A stretch of DNA of 64,000 nt, taken from assembly GCA_045641985.1 (NCBI GenBank), contig JAZUHY010000033.1:33985-97984 (forward strand), written 5' to 3'. The notes beneath the pieces are model-generated. The model worked only from the letters and a program-made list of their open reading frames with translations. It was not told where the DNA came from and ran no database searches. Positions 8,992-17,780 of the stretch are shown here, in pieces. How positions within the stretch are numbered: position 1 is the first letter of the stretch; each line of letters starts with the position of its first letter. The DNA comes from Candidatus Cryptobacteroides sp. (GTDB lineage: Bacteria > Bacteroidota > Bacteroidia > Bacteroidales > UBA932). The position numbers were made by a program, and so were the translations under genes.

Positions 8992-10089
8992 TTATTCGAT
9001 AGGTTTGACCGGCATTTCCCAGCCGGTGAGGGTGGCGACATAGGGAATGATGCAGGAGGCCACTTTCCTATGGCCTTTGTAATTGGGATGGCTGCAGGAA
9101 CCCAGGTCTCCCGAATCGTCGTGGGCTCCCGGCAGTATGACGGCGCAGCGCGCGTTGCTGTCTCCTGTGCTTTCCACGGCTATGCGCACATATTCACTCA
9201 TAAGGGGGTCGGCATTGGATGCCACACAAAGGACAGGAACGTCGGGACCGTAATTGCCGCGTACCTGACGGAGGAGCTGCGCATAACCCGCACACCATAA
9301 TTTGAGAGAAGGCTGTTTGCCGCAGCTGAAGTCGTTGGTGCCGAGGTATATCACAACGATATCCGGCTTGAAACCGTCCCGTGATGCATCCCATTTCCTG
9401 TCCCTGAAGCTGTCGTCAAGATACTGGCCATATCTGTCCACCATTGTCCCCGACTCGGGGTCCGCGTCATTGTAATTCCTCACTACTCCCCTTCCTGAGT
9501 GACATATTGTCCTTATACCGGCATCGAAGTACCTTCCTGTTATGGATGCATATGCAAGGTTGCAGTTCTCTTCCGAAGCGCGGAAAGGCTGGCTCTTGTC
9601 TGCTCCTTCCGTGCCGAAGCCGCAGGTGTAGGAATCTCCAATGAATTCTATGTGTCTGGTGAACGGATCCGCGGCCTTGAGAAGTTTTCCGTCAGTCAGG
9701 AACCTGTTGATTGTCAGGCATCCCTGCTCCCCCTCGCTACGTTTCTGGAGAATGATGCTGTGGCTGCCTTCCTGCAGACCTTCGGCCAGCGGGATGCGTC
9801 CGCCGTTCTCCGTGGCGATGACGTAGTCCTGCGCGGGCCTCATCGGCTTGTCAATCCAGACATTGAAGAAACAGGTACCGCTGTCCTTACAGTCCATTGT
9901 CAGACAGGTGCCTGAGAATTTGATATATACTGTGGTATTGCTCCAGTCAAGGATTACCTTCCCGTTTTCTTTCAGGACCCTTCCCTGATAGAATATGCCG
10001 GGATCCGAAGCATTATGAAGAGAGGGCTCCGCTCCGAGTGAGGCCAGGGGGAGCAGAAAAAAAAGAGCAAGAAAGTTGATTCTGTTCAT
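8992..10089 (-). CDS. SGNH/GDSL esterase (CE2-like acetylesterase)
   Basis: Blocks FIGDSYTCG, SGRG, YLGTND, HPN plus a signal peptide. Confidence 0.85.
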   Translation of the reverse strand: MNRINFLALFFLLPLASLGAEPSLHNASDPGIFYQGRVLKENGKVILDWSNTTVYIKFSGTCLTMDCKDSGTCFFNVWIDKPMRPAQDYVIATENGGRIPLAEGLQEGSHSIILQKRSEGEQGCLTINRFLTDGKLLKAADPFTRHIEFIGDSYTCGFGTEGADKSQPFRASEENCNLAYASITGRYFDAGIRTICHSGRGVVRNYNDADPESGTMVDRYGQYLDDSFRDRKWDASRDGFKPDIVVIYLGTNDFSCGKQPSLKLWCAGYAQLLRQVRGNYGPDVPVLCVASNADPLMSEYVRIAVESTGDSNARCAVILPGAHDDSGDLGSCSHPNYKGHRKVASCIIPYVATLTGWEMPVKPIE

Positions 10090-10114
10090 TTTTGGACTTG
10101 TTTTCGTTAACCCT

Positions 10115-11413
10115 TTATAGTTTGCAGATGAGCGTGGCCTGGGTGCAGTCCACGACCTTTACGCGGACGAGGTCGCCGGCCTTGTGCACGCTGTCTTCCC
10201 AGACGCACATCTTGCCCGTGCCGGTGCGGCCGCAGAGCTGCGACTGCCCTTTCTTGGAAGGCCCTTCCACAAGCACGTCGAAGCATTTGCCCACATCGCG
10301 CCGGTTGCTTTCCAGACTCAGTTTGTTCTGCAGCGCAATGATTTCCTCCAGGCGGCGCGTCTTGGTGTCGATATCCACGTCATCCGGATATTTCCGGGCG
10401 GCCAGAGTCCCCGGCCTTTCGGAATAGTAGAACATAAAGGCGGCGTCGAACCTGACTTTCTCGAACAGGCTCAGCGTGTCCTTGTGGTCTTCTTCAGTTT
10501 CGGAGCAGAATCCGGCAATCACGTCGGTGGTGATGGCGCAGTCCGGCATTATCGAGCGGATTCTTGCGACCCTGTCCAGATACCATTCCCTTGTATAGCG
10601 GCGGCGCATCTTCTCCAGAATCCTGTTGGAGCCCGATTGCACCGGGAGGTGAATGTGATGGCAGATATTGGGGTATGCCGACATAGTGTAAAGCACCTCG
10701 TCCGAGATGTCCTGCGGGTTGGAAGTGGAGAAGCGCACGCGCATATCGGGACAGGCCTCGGCCACCATTGCCAGCAGTTGCGCGAAAGTGGTGCCCTCGA
10801 AGTTGTAGGAATCTACGTTCTGGCCGAGGAGTGTCACTTCCCTGTACCCTTTCGAGCCGCATTCGCAGGCCTCACGGACTATGGTGCGGCTGTCTCTGCT
10901 TCTTTCGGCTCCTCTGGTGTAGGGAACAACGCAGTAGGAGCACACGTTGTTGCAGCCGCGCATAATTGAGATGAAGGCTGATACACCGTTCCTGTCAATC
11001 CGGACGGGGGAGATGTCACCGTAGGTCTCTTCCCGCGACAGGGTGACGTCAATCTGGGGATGACCGCCGGAGGCTGCGTCAAGAAGTCCGGGGAGATTAC
11101 GGTATGAGTCAGGCCCGGCTACGACATCAACCTTTCCGGAGTCGAGCAAAGCATTCTTGAGCCGCTCCGCCATACATCCCAGTATGCACACGATGACCTT
11201 GCGGCCGCGTCTCTGAAGATTGAACTGCTCTATCCTGCCCCATATCCTCTGCTCGGCATTGTCTCTGACGGAGCAGGTATTCGCCATTATGACGTCCGCC
11301 TCGTCAATGCTTTCCGTGCGTTCGTATCCGGCTTGCCCGAGTATGGAGAAAACGACTTCGGTATCGTTGACATTCATCTGGCAGCCGTAGGTCTCTATGT
11401 ATAGCTTTTTCAT
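10115..11413 (-). CDS. miaB: tRNA-2-methylthio-N6-dimethylallyladenosine synthase
   Basis: ETYGCQMN N-terminus, radical-SAM GCNNVCSYC, HIHLPVQSGS, C-terminal TRAM domain. Confidence 0.97.
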   Translation of the reverse strand: MKKLYIETYGCQMNVNDTEVVFSILGQAGYERTESIDEADVIMANTCSVRDNAEQRIWGRIEQFNLQRRGRKVIVCILGCMAERLKNALLDSGKVDVVAGPDSYRNLPGLLDAASGGHPQIDVTLSREETYGDISPVRIDRNGVSAFISIMRGCNNVCSYCVVPYTRGAERSRDSRTIVREACECGSKGYREVTLLGQNVDSYNFEGTTFAQLLAMVAEACPDMRVRFSTSNPQDISDEVLYTMSAYPNICHHIHLPVQSGSNRILEKMRRRYTREWYLDRVARIRSIMPDCAITTDVIAGFCSETEEDHKDTLSLFEKVRFDAAFMFYYSERPGTLAARKYPDDVDIDTKTRRLEEIIALQNKLSLESNRRDVGKCFDVLVEGPSKKGQSQLCGRTGTGKMCVWEDSVHKAGDLVRVKVVDCTQATLICKL

Positions 11414-11421
11414 ACTGAGAG

Positions 11422-11449
11422 CAAAGATAGAGATTTTTCGTTATCTTTG
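11422..11449. promoter_or_regulatory. Back-to-back -7 boxes for miaB (minus, 11422-11429) and the LEA-SPOR-rpoN unit (plus, 11442-11449)
   Basis: TATCTTTG on each strand, 8 nt and 4 nt from the respective ATGs. Confidence 0.7.
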
Positions 11450-11453
11450 CGTA

Positions 11454-11921
11454 ATGGATATGAAGAAGCTTCTTATTATATTGAGTGCCTGCATCACGCT
11501 TTTCGCAGGTTGCAGCGGCTCCATCAACGATATTGAGGTCACAGGCTTCAATATCATCTCGGTCACGCCCAGGGGGGTGAGCGAGTTGTACGCCACCGTA
11601 GAACTGGGTATCAGGAACCCCATCATAGCCTTTACCCTCCAGAATATGGAGGGCACCATAAATATGGACGGGCAACCCTGTATCAGAATCACCGCCGACC
11701 AGCTGATGGTGGACGGCAAGTCTGACAAGGTGTATGTGATTCCCGTCAAAGGCAAACTGATGGAAGGATTCAACCCCTGGCAGTTGCTGTCAGTACTGAA
11801 AGACAACGATTTCAGCAAGCTCACCGTGGATGCGTCCGCCAGGGTGTCATTGAAATCGGGTATTGGCAAGGATATTGCTGTCAAGGATATGTCACTTGAA
11901 AAGTTGCTCAAGAAAGAATGA
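11454..11921 (+). CDS. LEA type-2 (WHy-like) lipoprotein
   Basis: Start at 11454 or 11460, lipobox LFAGC. The pattern VELGIRNP..FTL..MEGTI..DGQ is LEA_2-like. Confidence 0.65.
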   Translation: MDMKKLLIILSACITLFAGCSGSINDIEVTGFNIISVTPRGVSELYATVELGIRNPIIAFTLQNMEGTINMDGQPCIRITADQLMVDGKSDKVYVIPVKGKLMEGFNPWQLLSVLKDNDFSKLTVDASARVSLKSGIGKDIAVKDMSLEKLLKKE

Positions 11922-12427
11922 TGAAGAAACTGACAGTATTGCTTGTATCGGCGGCCTTGGGCTGTGTGTCATACGCCCAGACGCAATCCGGTGTCGCCAT
12001 CGATTCGGTTCTGATGCAGAAGGGAATCTTCGGCGTGATGTCCGGGTCCGTGAATGTGCGGCAGACGCAGGCGGTGAGGGATATTGTGGAGGGGAGGATT
12101 GCGCAAAACGAAGTGTCCGGATTCGACGGATACAGGATACGAATCTATTTCGACAACAGTCAGGATGCGCGGGATGCTTCCTCTTCCATTCTGGAAGCTT
12201 TTGAGACGTCGCATCCCGATATCCCGGCCTACAGAACCTTCGACAGCCCCAATTTCAAGGTGACGGTGGGAGATTTCCGCACCCGTTCGGAGGCCCTGGC
12301 AGCTCTCAGGTCGATGCAGCCGGAGTACCCTTCCGCTTTTATCGTGAGGGAAAAATTCAAATATCCTTCCTTGCCTGTTGATTCCGCAACTCCTGCTGAT
12401 TCCCTCAAAGTGCAACCGGTTCTGTAG
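11918..12427 (+). CDS. SPOR domain-containing protein
   Basis: Signal peptide. GYRIRIY..AYRTFDSPNFKVTVGDFRTRSEA..AFIV is a SPOR signature. Confidence 0.9.
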   Translation: MMKKLTVLLVSAALGCVSYAQTQSGVAIDSVLMQKGIFGVMSGSVNVRQTQAVRDIVEGRIAQNEVSGFDGYRIRIYFDNSQDARDASSSILEAFETSHPDIPAYRTFDSPNFKVTVGDFRTRSEALAALRSMQPEYPSAFIVREKFKYPSLPVDSATPADSLKVQPVL

Positions 12428-12430
12428 CCT

Positions 12431-13840
12431 ATGATCAAACAGGGACTGGAACTCAAGCAGACGCAAAAGCTTTCCCCCCTCCAGATTCAGACAATCAAAC
12501 TCATAGAATTGCCGATTCAGGAGCTGGAGCAGAAGATTCGTGCCGAACTTGAGGAGAATCCTGTCCTGGAGGATGCTCCTTCTTCATCCGAGGATGAAGA
12601 CCCCGCCGGCAAGGACATATCCATCGATGAACTCAAAGAGGATGACAGCATTCCCGCCTACAATCTCAAGGTAAGGAACTGGGGGCCGGACCAACGACCG
12701 GAATACAATACTTTTTCCGTCAGGGAAAGTTTTACCCAGAGTCTGGAAAACCAATTGGGATACAGGGATTTGACAAAAAAACAACGGCGGATAGGTCTGT
12801 TTCTGATAGGCAGCCTCGATACAAACGGCTATCTCAGGAGAGATATTGAATCCATTGTGGATGATTTGGCATTCAGGGAAGGGCTTGAGGCTGATGCAGG
12901 GGAAGTGGAGGAGATGCTTTATGTGATTCAGGAGTTCGAGCCGTCCGGCATCGGCGCAAGGGATTTGAGGGAATGCCTTCTGATTCAGTTGAGAGCCCTG
13001 CGTCCTAATGAAGACGTTAAGACTGCAATACGTATCATAGATGAGGAGTTTCAGGAATTTTCCAACAAGCATTTCCAAAAGATAATGTCCCGTCTCGGAA
13101 TAGATGAAAACCAACTTAAGGCCGCAATGGCCCGTATCGTCAGGCTGAATCCATACCCCGGAGGTCAGATAGACGATACCTACATCGACCAGGCGCAGCA
13201 GGTAGTGCCGGATTTCGTCCTTGAGGACGAGGGAGGGCAGCTGTCTTTCTTTATGCCCCGTTTTTCCGTACCGGAGTTAAGGGTGAACAGGAAATACGCA
13301 GATCTTCTGCAGAATTCGAAAGGCTCTTCCGAACGTGTGCAGAAGGAGGCCGCGACATTTGTCAAACAGAAGCTTGACTCGGCGAAGTGGTTCGTTGAGG
13401 CGCTGAAACAGAGGCAGAATACTCTGAGGAAGACTATGCAGGCCATTCTCGATTATCAGTACGAGTATTTCCTCACCGGAGACGAGACATCCCTGAAACC
13501 TATGGTCCTTAAAGACATAGCCGAAAAGACAGGTTTCGATATTTCTACCGTTTCGAGGGTGGTCAACAGCAAATACATCGAAACGCACTTCGGCATCCGG
13601 CCGCTCAAGTATTTCTTCTCCGAAGGCCTGGAGAATCAGGATGGTGAGGAGATTTCCACCCGGGGACTCAAGAAGGCCCTGGAGGAGTGCATAGCCGGAG
13701 AGGACAAGAAAAAGCCGCTCACGGATGAGCAGCTTGTGGATGAAATGAGCAGGCGTGGGTACAAGGTGGCCAGACGAACCATTGCCAAGTACCGCGGCCA
13801 GTTGGGGATTCCCCTTGCCCGGTGGAGGAAGGAACTCTAG
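12431..13840 (+). CDS. rpoN: RNA polymerase sigma-54 factor
   Basis: Gln-rich region I, HTH LKDIAEKTGFDISTVSR, RpoN box ARRTIAKYR. Confidence 0.97.
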   Translation: MIKQGLELKQTQKLSPLQIQTIKLIELPIQELEQKIRAELEENPVLEDAPSSSEDEDPAGKDISIDELKEDDSIPAYNLKVRNWGPDQRPEYNTFSVRESFTQSLENQLGYRDLTKKQRRIGLFLIGSLDTNGYLRRDIESIVDDLAFREGLEADAGEVEEMLYVIQEFEPSGIGARDLRECLLIQLRALRPNEDVKTAIRIIDEEFQEFSNKHFQKIMSRLGIDENQLKAAMARIVRLNPYPGGQIDDTYIDQAQQVVPDFVLEDEGGQLSFFMPRFSVPELRVNRKYADLLQNSKGSSERVQKEAATFVKQKLDSAKWFVEALKQRQNTLRKTMQAILDYQYEYFLTGDETSLKPMVLKDIAEKTGFDISTVSRVVNSKYIETHFGIRPLKYFFSEGLENQDGEEISTRGLKKALEECIAGEDKKKPLTDEQLVDEMSRRGYKVARRTIAKYRGQLGIPLARWRKEL

Positions 13841-14490
13841 AGTTTCTCTCCGAAGGCAAGATCTCCGGCATCTCCGAGACCGGGGATGATGTATGAATGG
13901 CTGTTCAGTTCCGGGTCTATCGTTGCAACCCACAGCGTCACGTTCTCCGGCATCGATTTCTTAAGGTTCTCCACGGCCTTTGCGCTTGAAATGGGGCATA
14001 CGAGGTGAATGTGCCCCGGTATTCCGCCTTCCTTGCACAGAACCTCGATGGCCACTTCTATGGAAGAACCGGTCGCCAGCATCGTGTCTGCGAGAATCAG
14101 TGTCTTGCCGCTGAGTTCCGGGCAGACGCAGTATTCTGTGTGGATGTGAAATTCCATCTCCGAATCATACTTGCGGTAAGCGGCGACAAAGGCGTTCTCC
14201 GCATTGTCAAAGAAATCAAGCAATCCGTCGTGCAGCGGAAGCCCGGCTCTCAGAATGGTGGCAACTACGATTCTGTCTTCAGGAATGCTGACCTTTGCCG
14301 TGGCAAGAGGGGTGACCACATCCTTGACGGTATAGTTCAATCTCTTGCTTATCTCATAACCGAAGATTTCACCCACGCGGTGCAGGTTTTTGCGGAAGCG
14401 CATACTGTCCTTCTGGATTTCCTTGTCCCTCATCTGCGCTATGAATGAGTTGAGAATCGAGTTTGTTTCTCCTAAATTGATGATTTCCAT
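13837..14490 (-). CDS. upp: Uracil phosphoribosyltransferase
   Basis: ILRAGLP, PRPP-binding ADTMLATGSS, YIIPGLGDAGDLAFG. Start taken at MEIINL. Confidence 0.95.
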   Translation of the reverse strand: MEIINLGETNSILNSFIAQMRDKEIQKDSMRFRKNLHRVGEIFGYEISKRLNYTVKDVVTPLATAKVSIPEDRIVVATILRAGLPLHDGLLDFFDNAENAFVAAYRKYDSEMEFHIHTEYCVCPELSGKTLILADTMLATGSSIEVAIEVLCKEGGIPGHIHLVCPISSAKAVENLKKSMPENVTLWVATIDPELNSHSYIIPGLGDAGDLAFGEKL

Positions 14491-14503
14491 ATTGTTTGTG
14501 TTA

Positions 14504-15193
14504 TTAGTATTCGTAGCTGTGCGAGGCGCTGTGCTCCTCAATCACGAATTCGCCGTTGTCCGAGTATCTGCGCCATTTCAGGCATATCACCTTTCTTGAA
14601 TGGCTGCGCGGAACGGTCTTTTCCAGACTGTATGAGGAAAAGTACGTTCTGGCAAGAAAGGTCTTTGACTTATGTTGCGGATTGTCGGGCTTTTCTCCGA
14701 ATGAATTGTGGCACATCGAGAAGAACAGCGTGTCTCCCCGGCTGGCCGTGTCGTCGAAGACGAGGTTGACAAGGTGCCCGGTGGGGGAATCCTTGAGAGT
14801 AATGCAGCAGTTCCGCATATTGATATGGTCTCCTGATATCCATACGTCAACCACGTCCAGAGGGTCGCACTCCAGCGCTTCGGCTGAGGCACCGCTCCTT
14901 GTGAGAATCTGAGGCCCTTCAGCCTTCACGATGCCGTTCAACCTGCCCTCGTATTCGTGCTCCGCGGTCTTGCGCATCGCATCACAGCTTACCATAAACC
15001 TCCCTGAATCCAAGGGACAGTCAGCGTCGGGGTTCACGATGACGTATCTGTCCCCCGTGTCGGAAATGAGCTCACCCGAGGCCGCCGTCACCATCCCCTC
15101 GAAAATGAAAACGGGAAGGCTGCTTGACGAAACGCAGGATATCAATGAAAACGCCAATGCCCCAAGCGCGATTCTGAAGAAGCCTTTCGTCAT
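14504..15193 (-). CDS. NigD-like lipoprotein
   Basis: Lipobox SLISC. DPLDVVDVWISG..HLVNLV..DTLF..HN resembles the NigD C-terminal domain. Confidence 0.6.
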   Translation of the reverse strand: MTKGFFRIALGALAFSLISCVSSSSLPVFIFEGMVTAASGELISDTGDRYVIVNPDADCPLDSGRFMVSCDAMRKTAEHEYEGRLNGIVKAEGPQILTRSGASAEALECDPLDVVDVWISGDHINMRNCCITLKDSPTGHLVNLVFDDTASRGDTLFFSMCHNSFGEKPDNPQHKSKTFLARTYFSSYSLEKTVPRSHSRKVICLKWRRYSDNGEFVIEEHSASHSYEY

Positions 15194-15642
15194 AATGAGT
15201 TGATTTTCTTTGGCTTCCTGGTGGGATGACATACGAACTGTATGTCAATGTAATCGACTTTGTATCCCCTGAATCTTCTTTTCTTCAGGAAGGATTCCGC
15301 GATGCCCTGCAGCTCGTCGTCCACTATGTCCTTGTACTCTCCGTTGACGCTGTCGTACAGATGGATGTGAGTGGAGGTGTTGATGTCGAAATACATCTTG
15401 TTGTTCGAACTGAGCCGGTGGCGGTAGAATCCCAGAAGAGTGAGTTGCGTGAGAATATTGTAAACGGATGCGACGGTGACCTTGGTCTCACTGTGCCCGG
15501 CAATCCACTGGCACACGCTGTCTGCGCTGGCGTGCCCGAGTTCGAGCATTGCCTGATGAACGGAAATCCTCTGGGGCGTCGCCTTCAGCCCTCTGGCTTT
15601 CAGACGGCTTTGGAACTGGCCGATGGTGAAAAACGTTTTCAT
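15190..15642 (-). CDS. Fur/PerR/Irr-family transcriptional regulator
   Basis: GLKATPQR, HASADSV, VASVYNIL, HIHLYD. This is the C-terminal part of track ORF 15190..16626, with the true start at 15642. Confidence 0.9.
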   Translation of the reverse strand: MKTFFTIGQFQSRLKARGLKATPQRISVHQAMLELGHASADSVCQWIAGHSETKVTVASVYNILTQLTLLGFYRHRLSSNNKMYFDINTSTHIHLYDSVNGEYKDIVDDELQGIAESFLKKRRFRGYKVDYIDIQFVCHPTRKPKKINSL

Positions 15643-15647
15643 CGTGT

Positions 15648-15686
15648 CAAAGTTAGGATTAATTTTTGTAAAATTCATTATATTTG
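15648..15686. promoter_or_regulatory. Divergent -7 boxes (fur minus 15648-15655; trxB plus 15679-15686) flanking an AT-rich palindrome at 15661-15675
   Basis: TAACTTTG and TATATTTG boxes, with AATTTT-TGT-AAAATT between them. Confidence 0.65.
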
Positions 15687-15693
15687 TAAGAAT

Positions 15694-16611
15694 ATGGAAA
15701 GAGTCAGATGTCTGATAATAGGTGGAGGCCCTGCCGGATATACTGCAGGAATATATGCCTCGCGTGCAGGATTGTCCCCTGTGATATTTGAAGGAACGGC
15801 CCCGGGCGGCCAGTTGACCACCACCACGGTAGTGGAGAATTTCCCCGGGTTCCCCGATGGTGTGGATGCCAATTCGCTGATGGCGGATATGCGCTCCCAG
15901 GCCGTGAGGCTTGGTGCCGACATCAGAAGCGGGAGCATTACCGACGCCGATTTCTCCGCAATCCCCTTTTCCGTCGTGATTGACGGAGGAGACAGGATTT
16001 CCGCAGATGCCGTGATTGTAGCCACGGGCGCTACGGCAAAATACCTCGGCCTTCCCTCCGAGCAGAAATTCAAGGGTCTCGGGGTCTCCGCCTGTGCGAC
16101 CTGCGACGGATTCTTCTACAGAAAGAAGGTTGTGGCAGTTGTGGGCGGGGGGGATACCGCCTGCGAGGAGGCCACCTACCTGGCGAGCCTCTGCCGCAAG
16201 GTGTATATGATAGTGCGGAGGGACGTGCTTCGCGCTTCGGAGGCAATGCAGGAGAGGGTGCGTGCCGCGGAGAACATAGAGATTCTGTTCAACTGCAACA
16301 CGCAGGAGGTCCTCGGAGATGCTTCCGGAGTGACGGGAGCCAGGCTGAAGAGGAATGATGGCGAGGTTTTTGATATCGACATAGACGGTTTCTTCCTGGC
16401 CATAGGACATCATCCCAATTCGGAGCTGTTCTCGCGCTGGCTTGAAACGGACGCCAACGGCTACATAGTCACTCACGACGGTCAGAAGACTTCGGTTGAA
16501 GGAGTGTTTGCCGCAGGCGACGTTCAGGACCCGCATTACAGGCAGGCGATAACTGCGGCGGCGTCGGGATGCCGTGCCGCGCTGGATGTGAAAAATTATC
16601 TTGACAAATGA
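15694..16611 (+). CDS. trxB: Thioredoxin reductase
   Basis: IGGGPAG, GGQLTTT, redox CATC, GGGDTA, FAAGDV. Start at MERVRC. Confidence 0.97.
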   Translation: MERVRCLIIGGGPAGYTAGIYASRAGLSPVIFEGTAPGGQLTTTTVVENFPGFPDGVDANSLMADMRSQAVRLGADIRSGSITDADFSAIPFSVVIDGGDRISADAVIVATGATAKYLGLPSEQKFKGLGVSACATCDGFFYRKKVVAVVGGGDTACEEATYLASLCRKVYMIVRRDVLRASEAMQERVRAAENIEILFNCNTQEVLGDASGVTGARLKRNDGEVFDIDIDGFFLAIGHHPNSELFSRWLETDANGYIVTHDGQKTSVEGVFAAGDVQDPHYRQAITAAASGCRAALDVKNYLDK

Positions 16612-17393
16612 AAAGAGTGAAAACAATTGTCCTTGTCCTGCTGCTTGGCGCAGCCGTTCTGTCCTGCAAATCGCAGTATGACGCGATGCTCGAGAGCAAT
16701 GACGTGGATGCCAAGTATGCCGCCGCCAAGGCTTATTTCGAGAACGAAAAATATCAGAAAGCCGCCGCTCTCTTCGAGTCTCTGTCTTTTCTCACTTCAG
16801 GAATGGCTATGGACGACACCGTCCAGTATTTCTGGGCGTTGAGCAATTACAAGTTCAAGGATTACGTCGTTGCAGAAAGCAATTTCGAACATTTCATAAG
16901 CAATTTCCCCCGCAGCCCTTTTGCGGTGGAGGCCAGGTTCCTCAGGATTGACTGCCTGTTCCGGGAGACACTCAGGTATGAACTCGATCAGACTCCCACC
17001 TACAAGGCTATGGGTGAGATATCCCAGTTTATGAGCGATTACCCTGATTCCGACAAGATGCCTTTCTGCATCCGGATGCTTGAAGATCTGGGAGAACGCA
17101 TCGACAGGAAGGATTTCGAGAATGCAAAAATATACTACACGATGGAGGACTACAAGGCTGCACGCGTGGCCTTGACCAATGTGCTGAAGGAGGATGCCGA
17201 CAACATCTATCGCGAGGAAATCCTGTATTATACGGCTATGTCCTCCTACAAATACGCAGATATGAGTGTCCAACAGAAGAAGAAGGAACGCTTCCTCCAG
17301 TTTGTCGACGATTATCTGAATTTCGTCGGAGAATACCCCGAATCGTCGCACCGCAAGGAACTGGATGCACTTTACAGGAAAGTGAAACAATAA
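16608..17393 (+). CDS. bamD: Outer-membrane protein assembly factor BamD (TPR lipoprotein)
   Basis: Lipobox VLSC, TPR pattern, YELDQTPT; conserved position before rpoZ. Confidence 0.9.
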   Translation: MKRVKTIVLVLLLGAAVLSCKSQYDAMLESNDVDAKYAAAKAYFENEKYQKAAALFESLSFLTSGMAMDDTVQYFWALSNYKFKDYVVAESNFEHFISNFPRSPFAVEARFLRIDCLFRETLRYELDQTPTYKAMGEISQFMSDYPDSDKMPFCIRMLEDLGERIDRKDFENAKIYYTMEDYKAARVALTNVLKEDADNIYREEILYYTAMSSYKYADMSVQQKKKERFLQFVDDYLNFVGEYPESSHRKELDALYRKVKQ

Positions 17394-17450
17394 ATTTGAA
17401 ACTTATCGTAAAAACCGTTCCGTATTGTCTATATGTAAGACAAAAAAATT

Positions 17451-17774
17451 ATGGAAAAGAAAACTGTACCTCAAAACACTGTGACAAGGGATGTGAAAGA
17501 CCTTGCCGCCCCTACCGGGAACATATATGAATCCGTAGTGGTGCTCTACAAGAGAGCCAACCAGATTTCTCTGGCCGAAAAAAAGGAACTCACGAAGAAA
17601 CTTGAAGACTTCAGGAACGAACGCGACACAATGGACGAGGTCTTCGAGAACAAGGAGCAGATAGAAATCTCCAAGTACTATGAGCGCCAGCCGAAACCGG
17701 ACCTCGTGGCAATCGCGGAATTTGAGAACGGAGAACTCGTTTACAGGAAGGCTAAGACTGATGACGTTCAGTAA
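17451..17774 (+). CDS. rpoZ: RNA polymerase omega subunit (Bacteroidetes type)
   Basis: TGNIYESV..KRANQI..EVFENKEQIEISKYYERQPKP. Confidence 0.9.
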   Translation: MEKKTVPQNTVTRDVKDLAAPTGNIYESVVVLYKRANQISLAEKKELTKKLEDFRNERDTMDEVFENKEQIEISKYYERQPKPDLVAIAEFENGELVYRKAKTDDVQ

Positions 17775-17780
17775 CGTCCT

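Noticed and set aside
4269-9300. Long antisense ORFs (4269..5327, 7912..9300) over the sugar cluster, and similar ones at 29910..31058, 31074..32123 and 49572..50609
   Set aside because: They overlap well-supported genes on the opposite strand, have no motifs, signal peptides or promoters, and are best explained as codon-bias shadows.
15190-16626. Apparent 478-aa (minus) and 461-aa (plus) ORFs suggesting fused or fully overlapping fur/trxB genes
   Set aside because: The N-terminal extensions are each other's antisense shadows. True starts at 15642 and 15694 are supported by adjacent -7 boxes and by where homology begins.
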